Shown here piece after piece: positions 11,642-24,542 of a DNA stretch of 64,000 nt. Every line of letters begins with the position of its first letter. Positions within the stretch are counted from its first letter, which is position 1. The notes beneath the pieces were generated by a model. That model ran no database searches, was not told the origin of the DNA, and saw only the letters and a program-made list of their open reading frames with translations. Source of the stretch: Azolla caroliniana (lineage: Eukaryota > Plantae > Polypodiophyta); assembly GCA_043228905.1 (NCBI GenBank), contig JBHGNT010000007.1, positions 5,704,001-5,768,000 of the forward strand, in the 5' to 3' direction. Both the position numbers and the translations under genes were made by a program.

Positions 11642-13930
11642 ATGAGATGTAAGGGTGTCCCGCCAAATGCCGTCACTTTCATTTCGAGTTTGAAAGCATG
11701 CCGTGATAGGGGAGCCGTGGACCAAGGAAGGGAAATACATGCCGAGGTCTGTATGAATGGAGCTCTTGATGGTCATGGTCATGGTGATGACAATGATGAT
11801 TTACTTGGCAATACATTGCTTGATATGTACACCAAATTCGGCCTGCTTCAGGATGCACGATATGTGTTTGTTAAGCTTCCTGTAAAGAATACAATCTCAT
11901 TTAATACATTAATTGTGGGATATATCAGGTGTGGTCATGGTGAAGAGGCATTAAAATGCTTTGAATCCATGGAATCCAATGGCCTATGCCCTTCTACGGT
12001 TTCATATGCATGTACATTAAAGGCTTGTGGCATGGCAGAATTGGCTGACAACGGTCGGAAACTGCACTCTGAAATTTGCATAAAAGGTTTAGAGACAGAT
12101 ATTTTCGTTGGAAATTCATTGGTCTTTATGTATGGGGATTGTGGAATGCTCATGGATGCACAAAAGGTATTTGACACACTTAAACTTCAAGATGTAGTCT
12201 CTTGGAATGCATTGATGGGCGGATATGCAAAACATGGGCACGCCAAAGATGCATTAGAGTGCTTTAGAAAGGTGCAATGTAATGGCATCATCCCCGATTT
12301 CGTCACATTTTTATGTGCCTTGAAAGCCTGTAGGGAGATGGTCACTAGCATCAAAGGCATTGGAATACACATGGAGATTCTTAAGAGGGCTTTGGACAAC
12401 GATATTTCAATCGGAAGCACTTTGATCGATTTGTATGTGAGTCATGGGCTGTTTGTTGAAGCAAATCAAGTGTTTGAAAAGCTTCCTCATCGGAACGTTG
12501 TCACATGGAATGTGATAATTGCAGGTTATACTAAGCATGAACTTGGTGAACAAGCAATTGATTGTTTCAACCAAATGCAGCGTGATGGAATTCATCCAAC
12601 TAGAGCAACATTTATTTTCGTATTGAAAGCTTGTATTTGTGTAGCATCCATTGACAAAGGCATTGAGATGCATGGAGATGTCGCCAGAAGGGGGTTCGAA
12701 GGAGACCTTCTCTTAGGAAGCACTTTAATTGATATGTATGCCAACTCTAAAAGTCTTGCTAAAGCACATGAAGTGTTCGAGAGACTACCAATCAAAAGCA
12801 TTATCTCATGGACATCTCTGATTTCCGGTTATGCCGAAAATGGATTCGGGCTTGAAGCACTCAAATGCTTTGAAAATATGCGATTGCATGGTGTTGCCCC
12901 AAATAATGTAACATTTATTTGCAGCTTAAAAGCTTGTGGCAACATAGGGTCTATAGAGAAAGTAAAAGAAATGCATGCTGAAATAGCTAAATGTGGATGG
13001 TTGGAGAGAGATGTTGTGGTTGGAAATGCATTGGTCGATGCATATGCTAAATGTGGCTTCTTATGGACAGCTCGACAAATATTCAAGAAACTTTTAACTA
13101 AAGATGAAGTATTGTGGAATATGCTACTTCTTGGATATGTCAACCATGGATACACTGAAGATGTGTTGGTTCTTTTTGAGCAAATGCAACTAGAAAAGGT
13201 TCTCCCAAGTACTATTACATTTTCCTGCTGCCTTAAAGTCTGTGGCACTTTGGGAGCTATACAGAAAGGTCAAGAAATGCACCACGATATTTCCAAAAAT
13301 GGATTGTTGGATGGAGACCCTTTACTTGGGAATGCATTAATTGAGATGTATGTTAGATGTGGTTTTCTTGTAAAAGCACAAGAAGTGTTTGACAATCTTT
13401 TCCTTAAAGATTGCATTGTCTCTTGGAATGCATTAATCTTTGGATATGCTGAGCAAGGAGATTGGGACAAGGTTCACTCTTTGTTTGACATGATGGTTTA
13501 CGAAGAAAGAATATCACCAGACACAGTCACATTCCTTAGCTTACTTGGTGCATGTAGTCATACAGGTTTGATAGACAAAAGCTACATATATTTGAGGGCT
13601 ATGTCTGATGACTATGGCATTACTCCAACACTCGAGCACTATGCTTGTTTTATTGATATTCTTAGCCGAGCAAGCCAAATAGATATGGTTGTAATTTTCG
13701 TTGAGAAAATTCCGTTTCAACCTAATTGTGTGTTATGGCATATTGTATTGAATGCTTGTAGAAAGTTGGGCCATATGGAGCTCGGAAAGGAAACATTTGA
13801 GCACGTAATGGAACTCAATGAAATGGATGATGCAGCTCATGTTTCTCTCAGTAATATTTATGCGGATCTTCAGATGCATAACAATGCAATTGAGGTTCAA
13901 GCAATGAGAGTTAAAAAAGCAAGCAAATGA
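11642..13930 (+). CDS. PLS-class pentatricopeptide repeat protein, E subgroup (no DYW), intronless; putative organellar RNA-editing factor
   Basis: 762-aa ORF of repeated P-L-S triplets (SWNALMGGY, TFLCALKAC, GNALVDAYAKCG). It ends in TFLSLLGACSHTG...LEHYAC..DILSRA...PFQPNCVLW..VLNACR...HVSLSNIYA and lacks the HxE/CxxC/DYW deaminase motifs. Confidence 0.93.
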   Translation: MRCKGVPPNAVTFISSLKACRDRGAVDQGREIHAEVCMNGALDGHGHGDDNDDLLGNTLLDMYTKFGLLQDARYVFVKLPVKNTISFNTLIVGYIRCGHGEEALKCFESMESNGLCPSTVSYACTLKACGMAELADNGRKLHSEICIKGLETDIFVGNSLVFMYGDCGMLMDAQKVFDTLKLQDVVSWNALMGGYAKHGHAKDALECFRKVQCNGIIPDFVTFLCALKACREMVTSIKGIGIHMEILKRALDNDISIGSTLIDLYVSHGLFVEANQVFEKLPHRNVVTWNVIIAGYTKHELGEQAIDCFNQMQRDGIHPTRATFIFVLKACICVASIDKGIEMHGDVARRGFEGDLLLGSTLIDMYANSKSLAKAHEVFERLPIKSIISWTSLISGYAENGFGLEALKCFENMRLHGVAPNNVTFICSLKACGNIGSIEKVKEMHAEIAKCGWLERDVVVGNALVDAYAKCGFLWTARQIFKKLLTKDEVLWNMLLLGYVNHGYTEDVLVLFEQMQLEKVLPSTITFSCCLKVCGTLGAIQKGQEMHHDISKNGLLDGDPLLGNALIEMYVRCGFLVKAQEVFDNLFLKDCIVSWNALIFGYAEQGDWDKVHSLFDMMVYEERISPDTVTFLSLLGACSHTGLIDKSYIYLRAMSDDYGITPTLEHYACFIDILSRASQIDMVVIFVEKIPFQPNCVLWHIVLNACRKLGHMELGKETFEHVMELNEMDDAAHVSLSNIYADLQMHNNAIEVQAMRVKKASK

Positions 13931-15471
13931 AAACAAATTGATCTGAGTGTAATAGTTTTGGATCTTGAAATTCTCATTTGAAGGGCAAGCAAATTTATGT
14001 GCAAATCCATTGGCGTTTGGGAGAGGAAGAATGAAAGAAAATACTCCCTAGTGGACAGAATCATGATCTGGAGGGTGGAAAAAGCTTGACATCCAGATTG
14101 CATGAGAATGTGTGACCAGTGAGTACCACAGTACACCTTGCCCCAAAAGAAAAGAAATGAGATTAAATGAATTGTCAATTCAGCATCTTCAAATGGCCAA
14201 AACCAGTTAGTTGTGACCAAAGAAATTAAATCCAGAGTGAGATTTGATACAATCTGATAGTGAAATGAACATAAAGTGGAAATAGGTGTAGCACGTACGA
14301 ATTCAGCAGAAGTCTCCTGGCATATTACTATGGCTATTCATACAAAGACAATGGGAACTCATCTCATGAGATCCTGTAACATAGGTCTCTACTCTACAAC
14401 AAGATCAAATGTACTCCACAGTAGATCTGTTTTTGGTTGGTACATTCAGATATGGTGACCGTCTCTCAGAGTCCTTGTAGATATGAGCCACAATTATCTT
14501 TCATCACAATTCGATCTAAAGCTCCATAACATTCTCCAACCCACTCTAGAAAGGACAATGAAAACACCTTCGAATCAATGTAAGAGTGAGTGCATCCAAC
14601 AAGTACTGGACAGGTCTATAGTAAGTCCACGCAGCCCAAAGCATGAACCTTCCCATCCATATGGTCAGCTCATTTGGAACTGTCAAATCCAAAAGTCTAA
14701 ATGTCAATCTGGCTCAGACAACCGCATTGAAACCTTTGGAGAAAACTTCAAGGCTACAATATTTACTTCGAATGACCTCCTAGTATGACCACTTAAATGA
14801 TTGTCGAAATGTTTGACGACAATACAGTCCATGGTAAAGAAGCTTCTCCTGAAACCAGCTTGGGTGCCTTCTCTCTCACCACATTCCTGAAGGACCAATC
14901 ATGATATTTTTTTTCCCATAAAAAATATCCTCCATTGGTATTAAAATAGTCCACTATTACAATGAATATTGCATGTGAATGTGGTTGCATCAGGTCTTAG
15001 ACCTGATTTCAGCATACATTTGAGACATTGGACAGCCATATATCCATCGTGGTTTATTCCAAGGACCAATCATGATCTTGTGTAAGCTAGTCAGTAGATG
15101 TGTGTCTTCTAACACAGGCAAAATGTTGGCATTTGTCCACATCTCTAGAAATCACTCACACATCAACTATGTTAAACATAACACCGCAAAGAAATCTGGA
15201 ATGTGATGTCTAACATGCCTAAATGGTGTCCCACAATTCCTTCATGAATAGCCTTCTTGACCAGCCTCTTTGAAAAAAGTACAAGTATGGGGAGGACAAG
15301 GCTCAGATGTCTCTCATAAAATGATATGCTCAGGTACAACGTGTAAAGAGACTATGTATGCATGCTACGTATAAAAGGTAGAGATACTGAGGCATGGAGT
15401 GTTCTATAGTTGAGAGAGAAAACAAATAAGGAATGTCTTGGACCGATAAAATACACACAAATACATATACA

Positions 15472-15476
<5 letters not shown>

Positions 15477-15520
<44 letters not shown>
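15477..15520. repeat. (TG)n microsatellite
   Basis: Seen directly in the sequence. Confidence 0.95.
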
Positions 15521-15523
<3 letters not shown>

Positions 15524-16601
15524 AATACATATGCGTCTGCATAAGTTAGTTTGTAGGAGTTCAATTACTCAACTTGTCCAAATAAAATCACTTTGCATAC
15601 CCATCATCTTCCACTTGTCCGCGACAGTGTATAGCCCATGACCACAATTTTCACCTACACATTTTCAATCAGATTTTTTTTTACATTTTTGTATACCAGA
15701 ACTCTTCCATTCTGCAACTTCTTTCACAAAACACTTATGTAATCCCTTCTGGATGTCCTTTACTATGCTCTTAACATCATCGTTCAGCATTTTTGTGTAC
15801 ATTGGTAACTTTGTAATAAAGTGGGCTACCAGTAGAGGAGCCCATTTTAAATGAAGTATTTTCAGCAGAAATTAGAGCTCATATATATGTTCATGGACTA
15901 TAGACATACGTAACCATGGAACTCAAGTATCGTCATGTTCAGCATGATGATAACGAAAACCATGATTCCATGATTTGTTAAATCCCATTCAATAATTATG
16001 TCACAGAAAATCTAATCTCCACATGGGAATCATCATATTAATCAAAATATGCACTTTGGCTTTTCATATTTTGATAGATCTGCAATAAGATGAGTTTATT
16101 CACATTCCAATAGAACAAGAAACAAAGCCTTCCTTGGAAAGAAGAGAAAAATAAACAAAGTTTTTACAATAACAAAGTATCTTCCCCTCCTTTTAGACCT
16201 ATTTATTGCCTTCAAAAGAATCAATCCTTTCAAGGAATTTGTTTTCTTTCGTCCACAGCTTTGCATAACGTTTTCAGCTCATTATTTATTAGACTCCCCT
16301 GAAGTCTAGAGCAAAAAGTTTGGTAATCTCAGATTGATTTTCTACAATTGTTAGTAAAAGACACTTTCTCAGCATATGAACATCCTTTCAGCCCTTATTT
16401 AGACGTGTACACTCAAGATCATTTTCTTCGCTTTCATTCTCTTGTTGTTGGAATATCAAATGTATTGGTGCTGCAAAACACTGACAGTTACTCAACTGTC
16501 ATTCTCTTATTATCAGAATATCAATATACTGCTGGTGCAAAACACTTGATCATCGTCTTGGCCTTCATTCATCACCATCAGAATACCAAATGCTACTCAT
16601 T

Positions 16602-19600
16602 CTACTGGTCCTTTTTATACCTAGATCCATGTCTAGTTTTCTTGGCCTTCCCCTTCTTACTATCAAAATCAGATGTTCTTATGATAAAAAGCAAAGTCTC
16701 TACAAGCATCCCAATTACCATACCAAGGATACCTCCAGCAGCATGCTGCAGAGTTAACATACTATTAGTAATTGCACCCATATCTCCCCTCTTTTCCAAA
16801 CAAAAACATTCAAAGGATCATAAGAATTGATACATACCAGAACAGGGCTTCCACCCAATTGAGACCGGAAGAAAGCATGTCCAACCAAGTAGCCAGTAAA
16901 CATTATAACTATAACATGTAACCCTGCAGCATAAATCCACATTTTAAAATGAAGAATAATAATGATCGATATATGCCGGACTCGTGTATAAACATGATGA
17001 GTAAACATTCAATCCCAAGAAACATGCAGCATTAAGTCACATAATGGTAGGCATTATCTTTAAAACTACAACACATTACTGAATGATACAACTATAAGCC
17101 TGATATATAGTCCATGGAACACAATATGCATAGTGCTTGTCAAGCATGTCTTTGGCGCCATTGCTCCTAATGCTACAAGTCAATCAAGGGAATAAACTGG
17201 AAAAATGGTTTCTTTGTTGATAGTAACTTGTTTAATTCACACAAACGCCTTACATAAAACTATTAAGACTTTGTGAGGGTCTTATTTATAGATAAAAGTT
17301 CATCAGGCTACCAGTCCAGTTTGATCAATCATCCATGGAGTGTTTTAGTGAACGATTATTTTTTACTCTAAAACACAATTAAAAATGTTTGCAGGAACAC
17401 AATCAAAGTTTCTAATTATGTCATCAAGATAATCATTTCCTCCAATATTTTCCTTGGAATTTAAGAATGAGTTTTCTGCAGACAGTTCATCCAATGGCCA
17501 GTAATTTTCACAATAAAAAGAAGACCTTTTAAATGGTGCACATTTGACATATCTACACAAAAAGACATGCCATTCTTAGACCCTCTCCAGTAAAATCAGC
17601 TATAGCTATATTCTCTCCATCATAAATATGCAGTTTTCAACACCACACTCAACATACCAAACCAAAGCAGTTCAAACTACCTCTTAGTTTTTAACCATTA
17701 CCTTTCAAATTGTGTGCACTCAACATAACTAAACAGAAATAAGATCCTTTCAACTACATCTCCTTGAGCCTCTCACCAATATCAATAATAGCTTTATTCT
17801 TTCCATTATAAAGTGTGGTTTTCAACATAAAAAATTCAACGTACCAAAACCAAGTTGTTCTTTGTATGATGAGAAGTATTCAGGCTCCCCCCGTTGGTTC
17901 CATGCAACATCTTTGACGAGTTCATTATAAGTTTTAGCATCTGCTATTTCTTGGAGTTTCGTAAGACGTTCTTTCAGCTCATCACTCTGAAAATAATTGA
18001 AATGCCAATATTCAAATCACACAAAGATTATTTCAAGAAAATGAACTTATGCACAGAAAGACTAATCAAATATAATCTCTCCACAGTTGGAACACAAAGA
18101 TCACCTAAAGAAAGATTAATCTATTGAGGCACAGCACATTGAAAACATGTGTCACAAAAACATGAAAGAGAATGAGCCTTGTTGACAGAGAAAAAATTTC
18201 ACGTCTATAAGAAAACTATGAGAGGTCACAAGCCTTGTGAGTGTGCTGCAGAAAACAAGCTCAAATCTGCATATAAGAGCAAACGAACATATGGCTGAAG
18301 CTAGATCATAGTTGGATAAGAAAATAGCAAGGGAAGGGGCATTAATATAATGCCCCAACTAAGAGTAGTTGCCTCACTATAGCTCTCAATGGATGGACAA
18401 TCCTTGAGCTGCAAGACTCGAGAAAGGAATTGCTCATGAGGATAATGATACTGCACCTCAATATGTTTGGTATAGGCATGAATGAAAGGATACTGTGCAA
18501 TGAAGAGCGAAATTTGGTTATCACAAGAAAAAGTGTAGCAGACTGCAGTCAACTGAGGAGATTGCGACTCAACAGGAAGTCAACACAAACCCTAAAATTA
18601 CATACAGAAATTTACTCCTGTTTCTGGAATAAAGCTCACATGTAGAGATTTCAAGTACTCTCCAATAAACATATAAAAAAGGAGATCAAATCAGCTTGCA
18701 GATATGCTGATTTGAACACACTAAAATATCTCACCATTACCTCTAAAGACGGATTTTCTGTTCTACTCAAAACAGGTTTGTTTGGATATCGCAAGTCAAG
18801 TCTTATGCTACCAAGTAAGACAAGTTTTGTTGTGCTATGGAGTGTCAAGTCTTCAAAAACAAATCATAGTTCACTCAGCTATCCACTCATTCATAACTTT
18901 TCAATGTCCTTATGCACTGCCTAACCTAAACCTTATAAGGCATAATGTTACAATCAGATTCACAAACCTCTAGATACATCAGGAACTAATGCTAACTAAA
19001 CCAACCACATGTCAATCACGGGACTGATCAAATGGGGCTCCTCCAGTCTGGGGACGATTGGCCCCCGTTCTAAATTGGCCATGTAACATTGGCTTACCTG
19101 ATTTCCAGAAACTCATGAAAGCAAGTAAAAAAACTAAAAATAAAATTGCTAATGGCCAATGTCATCAAAAAGAGCAAAAAAAGACTTCATATTCAGCCTA
19201 ATTTAGAGTATTGGACTGGTTGGTCATCATAAATGGGGAAGTTAGTGGGAATAGGCTCTCACCTAGCTACCCAAAACGAGGGTAATTGACTGTTATAGGT
19301 CCCTTTTAACTTCATAATTGACAAAAATATGCTGGCAACTAATATGGCAGTAAATACCCCTAATTAGGTGGTGGTTGTAGCACCTGAAGTGTTGGGCTGT
19401 AAAGGCCCAACTGTAATCAAAGCACAGAAATTTAAGCATATTGAAATACAAAAGTAATCTAATCATATACATTTTGAAAGACTAATCTAATCTTCTGGAT
19501 TTTGAAAGAGAAATCAAATATAACATTTTCCATCATATTGGACTCAAAATCCAATCTGACCTTATACACAAAGAGAGAAAATGAACCCCCTTCACAGTTC

Positions 19601-19937
19601 AAAACGCAATGATGCAGTGATGAAATCTAACCTTTTCACGAGGTCTTGGACTGACGAAGACGATACTTGATCCTGAAAGGAGACGGCGGAAGCTGGGACG
19701 AGCAGAAGAAGGGGGGGCATGAATCCACGCATCTCTGAGCAGCTTGTAAGGCACGGCATTGTTCTGATCGAAGTCTCCATAATCAACAGCGTCGGGGATA
19801 GGGAGAAGGGTCTGATGGGATCTAAGGAAGTCTCGGATGGTGGGGGTGGATAGGAGGAGCAATCCATGAGCATGAGCATCAGGAACAGGATCAGGAACAG
19901 GAACAGGATCAGGATGGCCGTGGCCGTGATCAGCCAT
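16602..19937 (-). CDS. VMA12: V-ATPase ER assembly factor Vma12/TMEM199-like, 4 exons, 225 aa
   Basis: Exons 19937-19632, 17986-17845, 16923-16838 and 16745-16602 join in frame (678 nt, GT-AG). Motifs: LLSGSSIVFVSPRPREKSDELKERLTKLQ..YNELVKDV...FSSYKEQLGFGLHVIVIMFTGYLVG..GGILGMVIGMLVETLLFIIR, two TM helices and C-terminal KKDQ (KKxx ER-retrieval signal). Confidence 0.9.
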
Positions 19938-21419
19938 AAGCTTTAGGTCTTAATTCTCGTCGTCTGCGCAACACACAGACAGACAGACACGAAAGAACGA
20001 ACGTACGACACTCCTTAGGGTTTCCTTAGGCTGTGGACAATGAGGCCTTCGGGACTGACACAACAGAATATGACATATACGTTTGGAATAGTACGTAATA
20101 TACTCGAATGCATTGGCAAACATTCTTTTCCCCATACGAATGCGTATGTTATAAAAAAACATTCTTTATGTGTGTGTTTTTTTTTCCACTTTTTGCCTTA
20201 ACTTTCTCACTTTAAAAAAAAACAAATTTACCTTATCGTATATAATATATATAATGGATACAAAAGTATGGTATATTTACCATACTCCGTTGGTGTTTAC
20301 CATTCTCGAATTATTAGAACCATTCTCGAATGCGAATGTACGTATGGTTGATACTATGCATATAACATTATGATGGTTGGTGCTAGCCTTCTAAAGAGAA
20401 TAAAGAAGAATCTATGTATGGCCAAATTAGTGAGAGCTTTAGCAATACGAAAGCTCATATATACTTTTCGGCTTAATTCCTATGAAAATTGTGGGGTTTT
20501 CACACATTACCCCCCCCCCCCCCCCCCAAGAGAAAAGGTGGGAGGCATGATTGCACACTTTGCTACTCTCGCGGAGAGGAGGCTTATCATTAGTTTTACC
20601 CCCTGAAGAATGCTTCTTTTGGTTATGTTGAAGAGGATTGGAGAGCTTTTCTTGGAGCTTTGAAAGCCATAAGGGAATGTATTACATGTATGTATGTATC
20701 TACATATATAAGAGTTGAAATCAAAGAAGCTCTTAATGTTGTTGGATGGACGATCCAACAACTAGATATGACTTCTACCAAGTTTGACTACTTGAGGCTC
20801 ATATAGAGGTTGTTCCTATGGGTAAGGCTGAGATGAAAATATCTCTTTTCAAGTATTTGCTCATTAACTACTTACTCTGTGGAACCTCCTCCACCCTAAT
20901 ATGTATTTTCATCATAATTAATTAATTTACGATCATAATATCCCTTTGATGTTCCCTTGCATTTTTGCTACATCATGTTAATGCAACTCTTTCTTTGCAT
21001 TTATCCATTTGTTAATCGCTCATGATGAGATATGTCTATGGTAGAATTAGTGTAGCAAACTCACAATTTTGGATGCCAGGTCTATGGTGCTTTATTACAT
21101 GTTTTTTGTGTGCTTGAATTATGCCACCAATTGGTTTTTTTTATCACTAATATATTATATATGGGATATTTTTGTTGAATGATTAGAGTGCAAATTCAGA
21201 CATTTTCACCTCATGAACCCTCATGTTTGTATAATCAATGTCATCTAACCATTTGAGTGAATGAATGCATATAGTTAAACATAAAATTTTCTACATGCCT
21301 TCTTCTTGTTTTCCAAAAAACAAACTACTTCAATTAGTTAAGGCGATGTACATAGGATAATATACAACTCATATCTTACAAGCCAACTTGCATGTTGAAA
21401 AGAAAACAACACGTGTAAA

Positions 21420-21870
21420 GGAAACAACAAAAAAACTCCAAAACACCACATTATTCGATGAGCATAGCATTACTCGATCGCATACCCTCCACGTGAGCCT
21501 CATACAACCCAAATTCAACATAGACATCCTCCACTCTCTTCTCATGGCAGCACCCATCTATATGTTAGGTACACTTGGAGGGAACAACCACCGTGGCGGT
21601 TGATAATTCCACTTCATTTTGCCATCCACCATCTGCAGCATCGAAGAACCGCTCCATTTCAGAAGGAACCGAGCTCTAGCTTCTTCACTTACGTCTGAGG
21701 GCCCTTGAAGGCTTTCAAACTCTCCTTGTAACATAGAAATAAGATTAATTAACCAGATTATCATTAAACTCTCAGCCGGTGGGGTTTGCTTACTTGAGAA
21801 AGTCTCCTTGCACCTAGATACCCACACTTGCCAAACTGTAATGCCAACCACTAATAATCATATGTTCACA
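21420..21870 (-). mobile_element. 5'-truncated L1-clade LINE 3' fragment related to the element at 1-1382
   Basis: ORF 21558-21851 reads VWQVWVSRCKETF...WNYQPPRWLFPPS and shares the PPRWLFPP terminus with the first LINE. Confidence 0.75.
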
Positions 21871-22521
21871 TAGCTCAATTTCCAGGTATACTCGGAGGGA
21901 AAATTCACTCTTTTTATGCGTAATATGTAAGTTAATGACATTCTTATGAGCATCCTTCTCTTGTTTCCGAAGCTATTTGTAATGAAGTTCTAGAAAATAG
22001 TCATTATATTGAATGTGGACAACTTAACCAAATAAATCCCCAAAGTAGTGATGCCACAAGGTTCTAAAACCTTAGGGATTATTTAAATGGATGTTTTTTG
22101 TGGTTTCCTAACAAGCAACAAACTCAAGTTCTTTTTATTGAGCTTCATGCAACCTTGGGATTTCAAAAACAAGTCATTGTTATTTGAACCATATATTGCC
22201 ATTAGCATAGGTGTACAATGCTTGCTTTAGCAATCCAAAAAGACTGACCTATGTTCAAATAAAATAGAATTATATACTTAAAAGTTAAAGGTATCATCAA
22301 GTAGCTTACAAAGACTAGTATGAATGCGACAATTGGTCTACTTTTTTAATATATTAGGATTTAGTTCCAACCGAAACAATATCTTCATTTGGAAGAAGCT
22401 TAATATCATTTGCTAAGGATTGAACGATCCCCAAGGGACCCACACTTTTCGGCTAGGAAAGTAAAACCATCAACAAACACGCACGCACGCACAACCAAAT
22501 TATCCCTTGCATTAACAAACA

Positions 22522-22952
22522 CCAATGGGCGGGTCGGTTCAGTTTGGTTTGAGAATTTCAAACCCAAATCGTTAAAAAAAAATTGAAACTTAAACCAAAC
22601 CAAATCAAACCATGGAACCGTTTTAACCAAACAATTACAGAAAATCCAAGCTCAAACCAAACAGTTTTAGAGATTTTTAAACCGTTTAAACCACGATTTC
22701 ATGGTTTGGTTTCAGTTTTCGAGTTAGGTCAACATTACAAATTACAAAATTTAATATTTTAAAGATTTTTCTTAGAATGTCAAAATTAGGCTTAAAAAGA
22801 AAAAGGTTGTTCAAAAACATATTTAAGAAGATAATTAAGTGTCAGCCCTAAACCGTTAAATTGGAAACCATTAAGCCGAACCAAACCAAAACCGTTGAAA
22901 CAGTTAAGCTATTAAGACACAGTTTTGTGGTTCGGTTTAGTTTGCTACCTTG
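22522..22952. mobile_element. Degenerate MITE with AACCGAACC/GGTTCGGTT subterminal motifs
   Basis: Dense AAACCAAACC, AACCG and GGTTCGGTTT motifs in both orientations around an AT-rich core. TIRs are poorly preserved. Confidence 0.55.
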
Positions 22953-24190
22953 CATCATCTCATCATCCATTATTAAAGCCTAATATTATGTTATGTCAAG
23001 CCATGGCATGAAAATGTGTGAAACCCATCAATGTTGTTATACCAAAGGAAACAAATACGAAAATACATAATTATTAAAAAAATATCTAGAAAGTCCATAA
23101 AGACTTCATTATCAAGTTTGTGTTAAACGATCAACCCAACCGCAAGAAAACAAATATAAAAACTATATCATTATGTTTTTTTGGAAAAAAAAAACTATAG
23201 CATTATAATATAAAGTATAAAAAGTTGGTAACATTCCGACAAAACTAATTGATGACTTTTTACTGAGTTCCATCAAACTTATCAATTCGACAAACTTGAT
23301 AGGAAAATGTAGAGTCAGCAAAAGATAAACCTTGCGATTGTTGATATGGACATTTTGTATCCATACATACTGTGACAATCATGAAACATTGTGTAACTTA
23401 ATCCTTTTCTGCTACTTCATGAAATTTGTGTGAGGCTCGTTTGAAGCTAGTATATCTTCGATTCTCGACATGATTTATATTACATTGGATGTAACCGAGA
23501 ATAAAATATATCAAGCGACTACCCATGACCAATCATCATATGCAAGAGAATTTTCCTTCTCGCAATCTGGCCATTGTCAACGTAAAGGTACATTAATACG
23601 GGTGGCAAGATGAGCCGTCCATATATATATATGTACTAAAGCACCACCTCGTCTTCTGAGTGACTCAGATAAGTATATAATTTGATGTGGCCAGAGATGG
23701 CATGAAAATTGATATTAGACGGGGGGGGGGGGGGGGGGGGGGGGCATCTATACAAGAAAGAAAATAGGGGATAAAATTAGTCGACCACTGTCGTGTCAAA
23801 AACCCTAGAGATCGAAGCAAGTGGTATGCTCAGCTCAGCTCACGAAAATCTCACCAAATCAGCGGCCAGAAAAGAGACAAAATCCGATCCGATTGACGAC
23901 TACTCTGATGGCTCCTGCTTCGACATATCCATCGCTTGTTAAAATTTGCTGGTCCACGAGATCTCCCACTTTGCAGCATGGCATATGCTTGTTTCATTGT
24001 TTCCGACTCACATTGCACTCGTGGAGCCGTGGTGTGCAGTGCGTACGGTCAATAATTTGTCCGGCACGATGGCCCACCAGCATGGACAAGTGTGAAACCG
24101 AACACATCTCTAGGCACTAGTGTGAATGAACCCAAGAGATTATCACTCAGACCTCACCATAGCTGAACAACCTCACCTTTTAGGTACACC

Positions 24191-24220
24191 CCCTAACCCT
24201 AACCCTAACCCTAACCCTAA
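24191..24220. repeat. (CCCTAA)5 telomere-like hexamer array within a telo-box-rich putative promoter or 5'UTR
   Basis: Five perfect CCCTAA units, with further AACCCTAA motifs near 24301, 24473, 24481 and 24531. Confidence 0.85.
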
Positions 24221-24542
24221 TCCTGTAAATTTCTGCATATCCTACCCCCAAATTCTAGCCGTCTCTCTGTCTGCCGTGAGCCCTCGCTAAATACTCTTCT
24301 AAACCCTAACTCTCAACCTTACTCCGACCTTCTGCTCCCTAGATCCTAACCCGAAATCTTCGTCAAAAACCCCCAGAGCTCTGTTCAAGAACCCCATTTC
24401 TTAGCTCCCTGTCGAAGGCCTGCCCGTCTTAACTCCTGTGTCACACACCTCTAACCCTAATCCTACTAACCCGCGTTTAAAAACCCTAACCTTTGGTCCA
24501 GACGATCCTCTGTTTTTGAACCCAAAATCTAACCCTAACTCC

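Noticed and set aside
11131-13470. Antisense ORFs overlapping PPR gene 1 (and likewise those over PPR gene 2)
   Set aside because: Shadow ORFs of the coding strand with no independent motifs.
14276-15070. Possible extra gene between PPR gene 1 and VMA12
   Set aside because: All frames I read are interrupted and show no recognisable motif. It may be UTR sequence.
16348-16830. 160-aa + strand ORF
   Set aside because: It is antisense to the VMA12 last exon and 3'UTR and has no recognisable features.
6002-19937. MVK, PPR and VMA12 as a biosynthetic gene cluster or horizontally acquired operon
   Set aside because: These are functionally unrelated housekeeping genes of plant type. MVK and VMA12 have spliceosomal introns, and no terpene synthase or P450 is nearby.
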